DNA of 64,000 nucleotides from NCBI GenBank assembly GCA_965228735.1, contig OZ245838.1, forward strand, positions 6,432,001 through 6,496,000, in the 5' to 3' direction. Below the pieces are notes generated by a model that was not told the DNA's origin, searched no databases, and worked only from the letters and a program-made list of their open reading frames with translations. A program made the position numbers and the translations under genes. The DNA comes from Planctomycetota bacterium (GTDB lineage Bacteria > Planctomycetota > UBA1135 > UBA2386). Shown here in pieces: positions 28,978-38,469 of the stretch (positions within the stretch are counted from its first letter, which is position 1; each line of letters starts with the position of its first letter).

Positions 28978-30624
28978 CTACGGGATGACGAGGCGCATCG
29001 CGTCCGACGAGATCACCAGGTTGGCGGCCGTCGGATCGAGGGCGACCCACTGGATCCAGTACGTGCCCGGGGCGGCTTGTGACGGCGGCACATGAAAGAT
29101 GTGACTGTTGTATCCGCTGCCGTCGGGCGAAGTCTTCGTCGCGCCCAGCGGCAACGCGAGCAACGCGGGGCTGACGCCGAGGTGGACCTGCATCCCGAGG
29201 TAGAGGCTCGGCGCCGGCGACCCGACGAGGTCGACCATCAGTGCCGTGAACAGGCCCGGCGCGATCCGGTCGACGCCGACGCCGAACGTGTCGTTGCCGT
29301 GATACACGGTGCCGAGCGCCGAGATCCTCGGAGGGCGCGGGGTGTGCGGTGCCGTGCCGACGCCGAACGCCGTCGGCACGCGGACACTCTCGATCCAGAG
29401 TCGGGGGCGGTCGAACGGCGGCAGCTCGCTGGCCACGCGCGGGTCGGTCAGGCTGTGAAGCAGCGCCAGCAGCGCCGCGCGGCGGCGCGGGGTCAGCTGG
29501 CCGCGGATCGCGTCGACGAGGGGGTCCCGGTTGTCGGCGTGATCGCCACCCCGATCGTAGAACGCGAGCACGTCCGCCAGGGAGCTGCCGCTGCCGTCAT
29601 GGAACCACGTGCTGCGCAGCGCCACGTTCCGCAGGTCCGGCACCCGGAACTTGCCGCGATCCGCTGTGGCGCCCGTCACCTGCGCGCGCCCGAGATCCGT
29701 AGCCGGTGGTCGCACGCCGGTGTTGCGGAAGTCCTCGTGCACGGGGCCCGTAGCGAGAACCGCCGCGCTCAGGCCCGTGTGGCAATCGGCGCAGAACCGC
29801 TCGAAGACGGTCAGGCCGTGGCGCGCGAGCGGCGAAAGCGTGCCCTGTCCGGCGAGGTAGCGATCGAACGGCGATCCGTCGCTCACGAGCGTGCGTTGAT
29901 ACGCGGCGAGCGCGAACGCGATCCGGGTCGGCGTGATCTCGGGTGTGCCGAACGCGCGGGCGAACAATGCCGGGTACCGTCGGCCGCCGATCCAGCTCTG
30001 CATCGCGGGCGGCACGCGTTCCGCGACCGCGAGGGGGACGAGGCGCTCGATCAGCGTGGTGACGTCGCGCCAGTCGCGATCGACGTGCGCCATCTCCGCC
30101 GTGCTGAGCAGCGGCTCGAGGGCTTGATGTTCGAGAGCCGCATTCGCGGTCAGCACGATGTCGCCCGTCCTCGGGTCGCGGAACACACCGTCGGCGCGCC
30201 CGTCGACGAAGACAGACGGTTGGTAGGCGGAGTTCACGAGCGGTGGCGCGCGACGGTGCGAGACCTGCCACTGCACGCCGAACGTGGCGTTCGCGATCAT
30301 CAAGCCGCTGCTGTCATGCAGCGGGACGCCGGGTGAGCCGCGGCCGTCGTCGGCCGTCCCGAATACACCGTCGGCCCCCGGATGCACGCTGCTCGGTGCC
30401 CGAGGATCCGTGCCGTCCCGGCCCGGCACGTGGCACGTGCCGCACGCGATCGCGTTCGAGGACGCGAGCTGTTCGTCGTAGAACAGCGCCTTGCCGAGCA
30501 GGACCTTGTCGGGCGTGGTGGGGTTTCCCGCGGGCGTCGGCGGAGTCGGCCAGATCGACTGGGCTCGCACAGCGGCGAGCGCGACCAGGAGCACTGCCAG
30601 GAATACGTATGCGAACTGACGCAT
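28978..30624 (-). CDS. Diheme cytochrome c peroxidase / MauG superfamily protein with extra C-terminal domain
   Basis: Signal peptide; LGKALFYD, CGTCH, SPFDRYL, CADCH, GKFRVPDLRNV, FHDGS, VLAFYDRGG. Confidence 0.88.
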   Translation of the reverse strand: MRQFAYVFLAVLLVALAAVRAQSIWPTPPTPAGNPTTPDKVLLGKALFYDEQLASSNAIACGTCHVPGRDGTDPRAPSSVHPGADGVFGTADDGRGSPGVPLHDSSGLMIANATFGVQWQVSHRRAPPLVNSAYQPSVFVDGRADGVFRDPRTGDIVLTANAALEHQALEPLLSTAEMAHVDRDWRDVTTLIERLVPLAVAERVPPAMQSWIGGRRYPALFARAFGTPEITPTRIAFALAAYQRTLVSDGSPFDRYLAGQGTLSPLARHGLTVFERFCADCHTGLSAAVLATGPVHEDFRNTGVRPPATDLGRAQVTGATADRGKFRVPDLRNVALRSTWFHDGSGSSLADVLAFYDRGGDHADNRDPLVDAIRGQLTPRRRAALLALLHSLTDPRVASELPPFDRPRLWIESVRVPTAFGVGTAPHTPRPPRISALGTVYHGNDTFGVGVDRIAPGLFTALMVDLVGSPAPSLYLGMQVHLGVSPALLALPLGATKTSPDGSGYNSHIFHVPPSQAAPGTYWIQWVALDPTAANLVISSDAMRLVIP

Positions 30625-30631
30625 GGTCGGA

Positions 30632-31504
30632 TCACTCGCCGCCCGCGAGATGCCGCGTGATGTTGCGCCAGAGCGGCTGCGTGTAGCGATTGCCGTGCGG
30701 GTTCCGCCACTGGAAGAACTCGTCGCTGCCGATCCACGCGGTGCGGCCCTTGCCCGCGGTGCCGACGGCGACGACGAGCGCGGGCTTGCGCGCGACGGGG
30801 TTCTGCTCGTCGACGAGCAGCGCGCGGCCGGTGGGGGCGAGGCCGAGCGCGAGCGGCACGTAGCCGATCGGGGCGAGCTTCGCGAACGTGTCGCGGACCG
30901 ACGCGCCGTTCGTGCCGGGCTCGAGCACGAGGGCCGGGTCCGCGTTCGCGCCCGCGGCGGGCGTCACGCGACCGCGCTGGCGTTCGTAGCGCACGTCGCC
31001 CTGCGCCGGGGGACGCAGCAGCACGGGCAGGCGCCGTTCGAGCGCGTTGCCGCGGAAGTACTCCGGCACGGTCGGGCCGCAGACGAACGCGACGCCGCCG
31101 CCGTTGTCGAGGAACGTCGCGAGCGCCGCGCACCAACGGTCCTGCTCGGCGGGCTTCCCGAGGTCCTTCTCCAGGAGGTCGCGCGTGACATCGTGCAGAT
31201 ACACGACGTCGAACGCGGCGAGCTCCCTGGCCGTCCGCGGCAGCGCGACGGAGTTGAACGGTGAGTCGGCGTCGCCGACGAAGCAGGTGTCGAGCCGGAC
31301 GCTCGCGACCCGGGACAGGTCGTTGCGCAGGTAGCGCCACGCCCAGTTCGGCGCGCCGCTCACGAGCAGCACGCGCACGCGCCGATCGGGGGCTTCGCGG
31401 TTCGGCTCACCGGTCTGCGCGACGGTCGCCGCCGGCACCGCGAGCGTCGCGATGAGTGCGACGAGGAACGGCAGCGTGATGCGATGCGTGGTCGCCGAGG
31501 TCAT
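30632..31504 (-). CDS. Secreted protein with class I glutamine-amidotransferase-like fold
   Basis: Signal peptide; VRVLLVSGAPNWAWRYLRN, FDVVYLHDV, GGGVAFVCG, GKGRTAWIGSDEFFQW. Ends 7 bp before the peroxidase start. Confidence 0.65.
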   Translation of the reverse strand: MTSATTHRITLPFLVALIATLAVPAATVAQTGEPNREAPDRRVRVLLVSGAPNWAWRYLRNDLSRVASVRLDTCFVGDADSPFNSVALPRTARELAAFDVVYLHDVTRDLLEKDLGKPAEQDRWCAALATFLDNGGGVAFVCGPTVPEYFRGNALERRLPVLLRPPAQGDVRYERQRGRVTPAAGANADPALVLEPGTNGASVRDTFAKLAPIGYVPLALGLAPTGRALLVDEQNPVARKPALVVAVGTAGKGRTAWIGSDEFFQWRNPHGNRYTQPLWRNITRHLAGGE

Positions 31505-31543
31505 GCCGCCGATCGTATCGTGAGCGGCTGCCGCGTGGGCAGG

Positions 31544-32345
31544 TCAGCGGTCGTTGTCGCGCTGCCGTTGCCGCGGCGCGAGCAACGGACCGAGCAACTC
31601 GGCCGCCTTGCCGCTGGCCGCCCGCGCGCGGCCGAAGTCGATCGTGAACGACAGGTCGGTGCCGTCCCGTTCGAGCTCGACGTTCTGCAGCAGCGGCGCG
31701 ACGGCGCGGAACTTCGGCGACTTCGCACCGCGTTCGAGCAGCGTCGTGATCGCGGCCGCCGTGACATCGAGACCCGCGTCCGCCTGCGGATGCCGGAGCA
31801 CCGCCTCGATCTGCAGGTGCGGGTCGTCCGGATCGCCGGTCGCGAGCAGCCGCACGAACAGGTAGCGCGGGCGTTCGCCGGGTTCCCATTCGACGCCCGG
31901 GAACAGCATCGGGAACAGGTCGCCCGCGAGCTGGTCGTCGCCGAGGTGTGCCGCGCTGTAGGCGAGCAGCCCCGGTTGCCGTTCGGACAACAGCGACAGG
32001 ATGTCGGGCGCCGGGCGACCCGGCCCGCGGTCACCGGTCAGCGCGGCCTCGAGCAACCGCCAACTGCCGCCGATCACCACGTTCGGCGTCGGCTGGCAGT
32101 GGACCGTGTCGTCGCGGCGCATCATGGTGAGCGGGCCGACCTTCTCCTCCACGAGTCCCAGCTGCACCATCATCGGCGGCAACTCCAGCGCGGCGTTGCC
32201 CTCGAAGATCGTCACGGACAGATCGCGCGGCCGTGGCCCATCCGAGCCCGGCGGCGTGATCGTCGCGCGGTCGAGCTTCGCGAGCGGCAAGCCGAGGAAT
32301 TGCTCCGCCTGCGAGCACGGCGAACGCGAGGAGCAGTCTGGACAT
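31544..32345 (-). pseudogene. Frameshifted secreted hypothetical protein
   Basis: GGAGGT followed by ATG 32345 gives MSRLLLAFAVLA. The protein-like body (QAEQFLGLPLAKLDRATI... to stop 31544) is in another frame, with the switch near 32312. Confidence 0.55.
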
Positions 32346-32425
32346 CGGGCTCGGACCTCCGGCCCGCCAAGTTACCATCGCTCCCACGCGCCGAGGCCCC
32401 CCTCGCGATCGCGCGCCCCCGAACG

Positions 32426-32746
32426 ATGCCCAAGACCTGTAGCAGCTGCCGCGTCGCGTTCCCCGATGGCGCGACCCGTTGTCCGCGCTGCGGCGCAGAT
32501 GCGGCCGCAGCGCAGCCGATCGTGGCGGGGGCGGAACGTGACATCCCGCGGCCGGGCTACGGCGAACTCGGGCGTGACGAGGGCGGGATCGAAGGCCGCT
32601 TCCGCTACGGGGCGCTCGTGCCGTTCTTCGGCATCGGCCTCTTTGCCGCGATCGGCGCCCTGCTCGACGGTCGGAACGGCGCGTCGATGGGCGCGGTGAT
32701 CGGGCTCGTGTTCTTCGCTCTGATCGCGCCGCTGATCTCGCGATGA
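32426..32746 (+). CDS. Small zinc-ribbon membrane protein (106 aa)
   Basis: CSSC...CPRC at the N-terminus and two C-terminal TM helices. ATGA overlap with the next gene. Confidence 0.75.
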   Translation: MPKTCSSCRVAFPDGATRCPRCGADAAAAQPIVAGAERDIPRPGYGELGRDEGGIEGRFRYGALVPFFGIGLFAAIGALLDGRNGASMGAVIGLVFFALIAPLISR

Positions 32747-33831
32747 CCACCAGCGCAACACGAGAGCCGATCCGACTCGGGATCGTCGGAGCCGGGCGGC
32801 GGCGGAACGGGCTCGGGCCGTTCCTGGCGATGCACGCCGAACGGGCCGGCTTCGTCGTCGCCGGCGTCGCGGGTCGCGATCGCGCGAGCGCCGAGCGCGG
32901 CGCGGATGCAGTCGCGGAGCGCACTGGTCGAAGGCCCGACCCGTTCGAGTCGGCGCGCGCCCTCGCGGCCGCAGTCGACTTCCTCGCGATCTGTTCGCCG
33001 GCGGACGTGCACCTCGAAGGTCTCGAGGCCGCGCTCGCGGCGGGCATCGGGTGCCTCTGCGAGAAGCCGTTCGTGCTCCCCGACTCGACGGATCGCGGAC
33101 TCGAACTCGTCGATGCGTTCGAGCGCCGCGGGCTGCCGCTGTTCGAGAACTGCCAGTGGCCGTTCGCGCTCGGGGCGGCTCGCGCGCTGCATCCGACGCT
33201 GGGCGACGGCGCGCCGAACACCCTGCGCATGGGCCTCGCGCCGGCCGCCGGGGGGCGCGCGATGATCCTCGATTCGCTCTCGCACACGCTGAGCCTCGCG
33301 CAGGCGCTCGCCCCGATCGATCCGGCGGGGCGGGTGCAGAACGTCCGCGAGGTCGATTCGCGCGCGAATGCCATGACCAACGTGCTGCGCTTCGAACTCG
33401 CGATGCGACCGGCGGGCTGGCTCCGCGTCGAGCTGGTGCTCGAGCGCCACGACGCGCAGCCGCGGCCGGCGTGGTTCGAGGTCGACGGCGCGCGCGTCGA
33501 CCGCCGCATTGGTGAGAACTACTCACAGTCGCTGGCAGCGCCCGACGGTCGCTCGGAAGCGATGCCTGATCCGTTCGCCGCGCTGGTGTATCGTGTTCGG
33601 GATCAGCTGACCGCCAGGTCACCGAGGCTGACCTCCAGGTCAGTTCGAGCCCCCGAAGTTTCGCCGCCCGCCGCGACGCCACCGCCACCGCCACCACTAC
33701 CGCCCGCCCTTGACCGATTCCTCGGCCCCGTCGCCATCCGAACGCGCCTTCGCTGCTTCCGCGCCATCGTCGAAGGACTCGACGACGGGCTCGACGAAGG
33801 ACTCCGCCCGGCCGGTCGCGCAGTTCCATGA
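32743..33831 (+). CDS. Gfo/Idh/MocA-family oxidoreductase
   Basis: IRLGIVGAG, AICSPADVH, LCEKP, DSLSH. Pro-rich C-terminal tail. Confidence 0.78.
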   Translation: MTTSATREPIRLGIVGAGRRRNGLGPFLAMHAERAGFVVAGVAGRDRASAERGADAVAERTGRRPDPFESARALAAAVDFLAICSPADVHLEGLEAALAAGIGCLCEKPFVLPDSTDRGLELVDAFERRGLPLFENCQWPFALGAARALHPTLGDGAPNTLRMGLAPAAGGRAMILDSLSHTLSLAQALAPIDPAGRVQNVREVDSRANAMTNVLRFELAMRPAGWLRVELVLERHDAQPRPAWFEVDGARVDRRIGENYSQSLAAPDGRSEAMPDPFAALVYRVRDQLTARSPRLTSRSVRAPEVSPPAATPPPPPPLPPALDRFLGPVAIRTRLRCFRAIVEGLDDGLDEGLRPAGRAVP

Positions 33832-35044
33832 CTTTGCCGCCAAGCTGCAGCAGCCCGAGCTGTGGCCCCGGGTCGTCGACTACGTGAAGTGGCAGCGCGC
33901 GCTGCGCCGGGCGCAGGCCGACGGCAGCAGCGAGCAGCCCGCGATGCCCGATTTGGCGCCGCTGTCGATCAACCTCGACCTCACGACGGCGTGCAACTAC
34001 GCGTGCGACCACTGCATCGACTGGGACATCCTCAACAGCAAGGTGCGGCACGAGGACGCCGACCTGCGCGCGTCGATCGCGCGCATGCAGGAGCGCGGCC
34101 TGCGCAGCGTCATCCTGATCGGCGGCGGCGAGCCGACGCTCTACCCGGGGTTCGCGAGCATGGTCGAGTTCTTGAAGGGGCTCGACCTGCAGGTCGCCGT
34201 CGTGAGCAACGGCAGCCGCAACGATCGCGTGCTCAAGGCGGCGCCGTTCTTCACCAAGGGCGACTGGGTCCGGCTGTCGCTCGACGCGGGCAGTGACGAG
34301 GTCTTCCGGCGGATGCACAACCCGTCCAAGAAGGACCTGTCGCTCGACGAGATCTGCGGTTGGGTGCCCAGGATCAAGGCGGTGAATCCCGACGTGCTCG
34401 TCGGCTTCTCGTTCGTGATCACGTGGCACGGCGGTTCGCGCGGCGACGTCAAGGTTGTCGAGAACATCCACGAGATGGTCGCCGCGGCCGAACGCGCCCG
34501 CCTCGCGGGCTTCGACTACATCTCGTTCAAGCCGTTCCTCGAACGACAGGCGGACGGCGCCGAGGTCATGGACCCGCAGAAGACCGCGGCCGAGCTCGAT
34601 GCGGTGATCGCCCGCATCCGCGCGGCGGTCGACGAGGCGCGCGCGGCGGCCGCCGGCTCGGCGTTCGAGGTGCTCGAGAGCACCAACCTGCGCGTGCTGA
34701 TGGCCGGCAACTGGCGCGACTACACGAAGCAGCCGAAGACGTGCCACATGCAGCTGCTGCGGCAGGTCGTCACGCCGCTCGGCACGTTCAATTGCCCGGC
34801 GCACCGCGGCGTCGACAAGGCGATGGTCGGGAGCAAGGACGTGTGGGCCGACCCGGCCAGCGGCCAGCGCGAGTCGGCGCGGCTCCTCCGAGACTTCGAC
34901 GCGAGCCGCGAGTGCAGCGAGGTGACGTGTCTCTATCACGGCACCAACTGGTGGCTCGAGTCGCTGATCGACGCCAGCGCCGAGGTGCCGGCGGAGTTGT
35001 CCGCCGGGGCCCCGATCGCCGCGCGCGGCGACACGTTCCTGTAG
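33710..35044 (+). CDS. Radical SAM protein with C-terminal Cys-containing (SPASM/twitch-like) region
   Basis: CNYACDHC, IGGGEPTLYP, VSNG, VRLSLDAG, four further Cys (KTCH, FNCPAH, RECSEVTC). The TTG 33710 start is uncertain. Confidence 0.88.
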   Translation: MTDSSAPSPSERAFAASAPSSKDSTTGSTKDSARPVAQFHDFAAKLQQPELWPRVVDYVKWQRALRRAQADGSSEQPAMPDLAPLSINLDLTTACNYACDHCIDWDILNSKVRHEDADLRASIARMQERGLRSVILIGGGEPTLYPGFASMVEFLKGLDLQVAVVSNGSRNDRVLKAAPFFTKGDWVRLSLDAGSDEVFRRMHNPSKKDLSLDEICGWVPRIKAVNPDVLVGFSFVITWHGGSRGDVKVVENIHEMVAAAERARLAGFDYISFKPFLERQADGAEVMDPQKTAAELDAVIARIRAAVDEARAAAAGSAFEVLESTNLRVLMAGNWRDYTKQPKTCHMQLLRQVVTPLGTFNCPAHRGVDKAMVGSKDVWADPASGQRESARLLRDFDASRECSEVTCLYHGTNWWLESLIDASAEVPAELSAGAPIAARGDTFL

Positions 35045-35186
35045 ACTGCCGGTGGGATTCGGGGCCGCCGGTCGCCGGCCATGGCCCGATCGCGGTCACC
35101 GGATCGGGCACGTTGCCGTGACCGCGGCCCGTGACCCGGCTATTCCGGTCGACCCCACTCGGATCCCACCTACCCAGAAGGCCTCG

Positions 35187-36740
35187 ATGATCCGCTGCCC
35201 GCTCCCCCTCAGCGCGCTCGCGCTGTCCGTAACTGCTTTTGCCATCGTTGGTTGCTCGAACAGTTCGAGCGAATCCCCGGGGCCACGCCCGCCGGAACTC
35301 GGCGTTGCCGAGGTGACACCGCCGCCCCAGACCACGGTCATCCCGACCACGGGTTTCGCGGTCCGGTTCGCCGAACCGCTCGACACCGGCGTCGCTGGCG
35401 TGCTCGCGGGGCCGATCATCACGGTCAGCGACGGCAACGGGCCGGTCCTCGGGACCGAGAGGTACGTCGAGGCCGTGAACACGCTGTTCTGGGACCCCAC
35501 CGGCGCCATGCCGCGCGGGGCGAGCATCGAGGTGCGGGTGCATGCCGGCCTCGCCGGCACCGCCGGCTCCGTTCTGCTGGCGGACCTGGTCTACCCGTTC
35601 CGCGTCGCGAGTGCGCCGCCGGCGCCGCCGGTCGAGCTCGCGGCGAGCATCCCGAACGACGACCTGTTCGTCGCCATGTACTCCAACGGCGATGCGCAGA
35701 TCATCGCGGCGGACCAGTCCTGGCGCTTCAGCGTGACCGGCACGTTCGTCGCGCCCGAGCCGATCCCGGTCGGCCCGACGAGCGTGATCACGGGTCTGCA
35801 CCTCGATGCGCAGACGCGGGCGAGCGCGGTCATCGTCGATTCGACCCTGGGTGGCCCGACGGTCGGGGTGAGCCGGCGTTCGGGTTTTGGCGTGTGGGGC
35901 CCGGCCGAGCAGGTGATCGCGCCCGCTCCCGGAGCGATCACGAGCGCGAAGCTCATCGGCAACAGCAACGGCGATCTGCTCGTGCACGCGACGCGCACGA
36001 CGGGCTCGATCGTGCAGACGATCATGCGCTGGTCGCTGCGCGACACGATCAACGTCTGGCTCGACGTGCCGCCGCCGACGTCGACGCCGTGGGCGGGACT
36101 GTTCGCGGCCATGGACGACCGCGGCCAGGTGAAGACGATGCACGTCGCCCGCACGTCGCCCAACTTCCTGCTCGTCGACGAGTACGAGCTGCCGTTGCCG
36201 TACGTGAATACCCGGTCCCTCGCGACGGGCGCTGCCCTGTCGGCGGTCGGCTTCGCGATGAGCGAGGACGGGACGATGCGGGTGGCCTGGCGCGATCACA
36301 ACCGCGGCTTCCTGCAGCGCCATTCACCGCCCGGTGGTCCGTTCGGAGTGGAGGTCTTGCTGAACACTGCCCTGGTCGGCGTCAATCAGTGGACCGTCGC
36401 CCCGACCGGCGCGGTCATCGCGCGCGCCGGCCGCACGGTCTTCCGTTCCGAGGCCGGCGCCGACGAATGGACCGAGGCCGAGCTGCCGCAGGAGCCGCTG
36501 GCGCTCGCGATGTCGCCGCGGGGCGAGATGGCCGCGATCTGTTTCGAGCTGCCGGATGTCTGGTCGCTCGTGCGCTGGCGCGCCGGCGAGCCGATCGATC
36601 CGCCGGTCCGGATCGCCGACCTGACGTCGATGTTCAACGCCGCGCGCGCGGCCGCCGTCGGCGTGAGCGCGTCGGGCCACGTGGTCGCCGTGCTGTTGCC
36701 AGAGGTCGGTGGCAAGGTCTTCGCGGTGCGCGTCGACTGA
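35187..36740 (+). CDS. Lipoprotein with Ig-like (Big_5-like) domain and beta-rich C-terminal region; tandem paralogue 1
   Basis: Lipobox-like IVG-C, VRFAEPLD, clear similarity to the next gene. Confidence 0.72.
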   Translation: MIRCPLPLSALALSVTAFAIVGCSNSSSESPGPRPPELGVAEVTPPPQTTVIPTTGFAVRFAEPLDTGVAGVLAGPIITVSDGNGPVLGTERYVEAVNTLFWDPTGAMPRGASIEVRVHAGLAGTAGSVLLADLVYPFRVASAPPAPPVELAASIPNDDLFVAMYSNGDAQIIAADQSWRFSVTGTFVAPEPIPVGPTSVITGLHLDAQTRASAVIVDSTLGGPTVGVSRRSGFGVWGPAEQVIAPAPGAITSAKLIGNSNGDLLVHATRTTGSIVQTIMRWSLRDTINVWLDVPPPTSTPWAGLFAAMDDRGQVKTMHVARTSPNFLLVDEYELPLPYVNTRSLATGAALSAVGFAMSEDGTMRVAWRDHNRGFLQRHSPPGGPFGVEVLLNTALVGVNQWTVAPTGAVIARAGRTVFRSEAGADEWTEAELPQEPLALAMSPRGEMAAICFELPDVWSLVRWRAGEPIDPPVRIADLTSMFNAARAAAVGVSASGHVVAVLLPEVGGKVFAVRVD

Positions 36741-36825
36741 CGGCCGACGGCACGCGACCGACGGTGCGGCGCGGCCGCCGCGGCAGGGGGGTGACGGCGT
36801 CCCCCGATCGGCTTCCAATGGGAAC

Positions 36826-38391
36826 GTGCTCCGATGCCCGTCCCTCTCTGCGTTGATCGTGTTCGCGGCGGTCGGCTGCTCGAACGGCGACGAAGCGGCA
36901 GGCATCGTCATCGAGCCGCCCGGCCTGCAGGTCCGCGCGTTCGCGCCGTCGAACAACGCGACCGTCGCGCCCGATGCCGACGTCGTGATCGAGTTCGAGG
37001 AGCCGCTCGAGCTCGCGGGTGGCACCGTGGTCGCCGGCGTGTTCACGGTCACGGATGCGGTCGGCGAGTTGCCGGGTGCCGTGCGCTACGATCCGGTGGC
37101 CTGGCGGCTCGCGTTCCTGCCGGATGCGCCGCTGCCGCTCGGGAGCCGGTTGACGGCCCGGCTGGCCGGCGGCCTGCGAAGCGCGTCGGGCAAGGTGCTC
37201 GCGGCCGACCTGACCTTCTCGTTCCGCGTCCGACCCGGTGTCGCGACGTCGCCGGTCGTGCTGGCGCCGGCGCTCACGCTCGCGGGATCGCCGGGGCCGC
37301 GCGTGTTCGTCCGAATGCACGGCGACGGCGACGGCGACGCGCAGATCGCCGCGGCCACGTCGTCGTGGCGGTTTTCGAGCAGCGGCGTGGTCGGCCCGAC
37401 CGAACACTTCGCCGGGGGCGAGGTCCGCGGGCTGCACGTCGATGCTTCGTCGCGCGTGAGCGCCGTCGTGATCGATCGCTCGGCGAACCCGGACGTCGTC
37501 GGGGTGGTTCGGCGCGACCGCGACGGCAACTGGGCGGCGCCGGTACCGATCGTGCCGGGGCCGGGCGGCGCGCCGACCTCGCCGCGGCTGGTCGGGAACG
37601 CTAGCGGCGACCTGCTGGTGCAGGTCCGCACGGTGTATCCCTCGCCGTTGCCGTTCGTCGACGAACTCTACTGGAGCGATCGGCGGACGCCGGGGGCCTT
37701 CGTGCCCGTGCCCGTGGCAGCAGGCGTGCCGCCGGCCGGGCTGTTCGCGGCTCTGGACGACTCGGGACAGGTCACCACGAGCCATGCGACCGTCGGCGGT
37801 GAGTTCGTGCTCGCCGACCGCTTCGCGGTGCCGCCGGTCGGTGGCCGGGTCGCAGCCTTCACGGTGGCGAGCGGCATCAACCTGCAACCGGTCCTGTTCG
37901 GCGTGAGCGGCGCGGGTGCCACCAGGGTCGTCTGGCGTGATCCCGGGCGCGGCACCTTCGAGCGTCGCGCGCCGGCCGGGGCGGCGTTCGAGTCGGAGGT
38001 CGCCCTCGCGATCGCGCCCCCGCCGGTCGGCCAACCGCTCACGACCCGAAGTGGTGCGGCGGCCTTCGTGACGTTCGACGCGATCCAGCGGTCGATCGGT
38101 GCCGCTCGTCAGGACGATTGGCAGACCGCCGAGTTGCCCGTCGCGCCGCTCGCGGTCGCCATGTCGCCGCGCGCCGAGGTCGTCGTGTTGGCGCACGAAC
38201 GGCCCGATCGCTGGCTGCTGATCCGATGGCGCGCGGGCGAACCGATCGATCGGCCCGTCGTGGTCGCGACGTTGCCGTCCCCGTTCGCCGCCGTGCGTGC
38301 CGCTGCCGTGGCGGTCGATGCCGCGGGGCGGGTCGTCGTCGCGATCCTGCCCGAGTCGGGTGGTCCGCTCTTCGCCGCGCGCGTGGGTTGA
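36826..38391 (+). CDS. Lipoprotein with Ig-like (Big_5-like) domain and beta-rich C-terminal region; tandem paralogue 2
   Basis: Lipobox-like AVG-C; PSNNATV..D..VVIEFEEPL...LAFLPDAPL...LTFSFR. GTG start at 36826. Confidence 0.72.
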   Translation: MLRCPSLSALIVFAAVGCSNGDEAAGIVIEPPGLQVRAFAPSNNATVAPDADVVIEFEEPLELAGGTVVAGVFTVTDAVGELPGAVRYDPVAWRLAFLPDAPLPLGSRLTARLAGGLRSASGKVLAADLTFSFRVRPGVATSPVVLAPALTLAGSPGPRVFVRMHGDGDGDAQIAAATSSWRFSSSGVVGPTEHFAGGEVRGLHVDASSRVSAVVIDRSANPDVVGVVRRDRDGNWAAPVPIVPGPGGAPTSPRLVGNASGDLLVQVRTVYPSPLPFVDELYWSDRRTPGAFVPVPVAAGVPPAGLFAALDDSGQVTTSHATVGGEFVLADRFAVPPVGGRVAAFTVASGINLQPVLFGVSGAGATRVVWRDPGRGTFERRAPAGAAFESEVALAIAPPPVGQPLTTRSGAAAFVTFDAIQRSIGAARQDDWQTAELPVAPLAVAMSPRAEVVVLAHERPDRWLLIRWRAGEPIDRPVVVATLPSPFAAVRAAAVAVDAAGRVVVAILPESGGPLFAARVG

Positions 38392-38469
38392 GACGCACGC
38401 CGGCCCCTGGCGTTTGCCGGCGGCGAGGCTGGCATCGTCGCTGCGGCCTCGTTCTAGTGGCGCCCCTCG

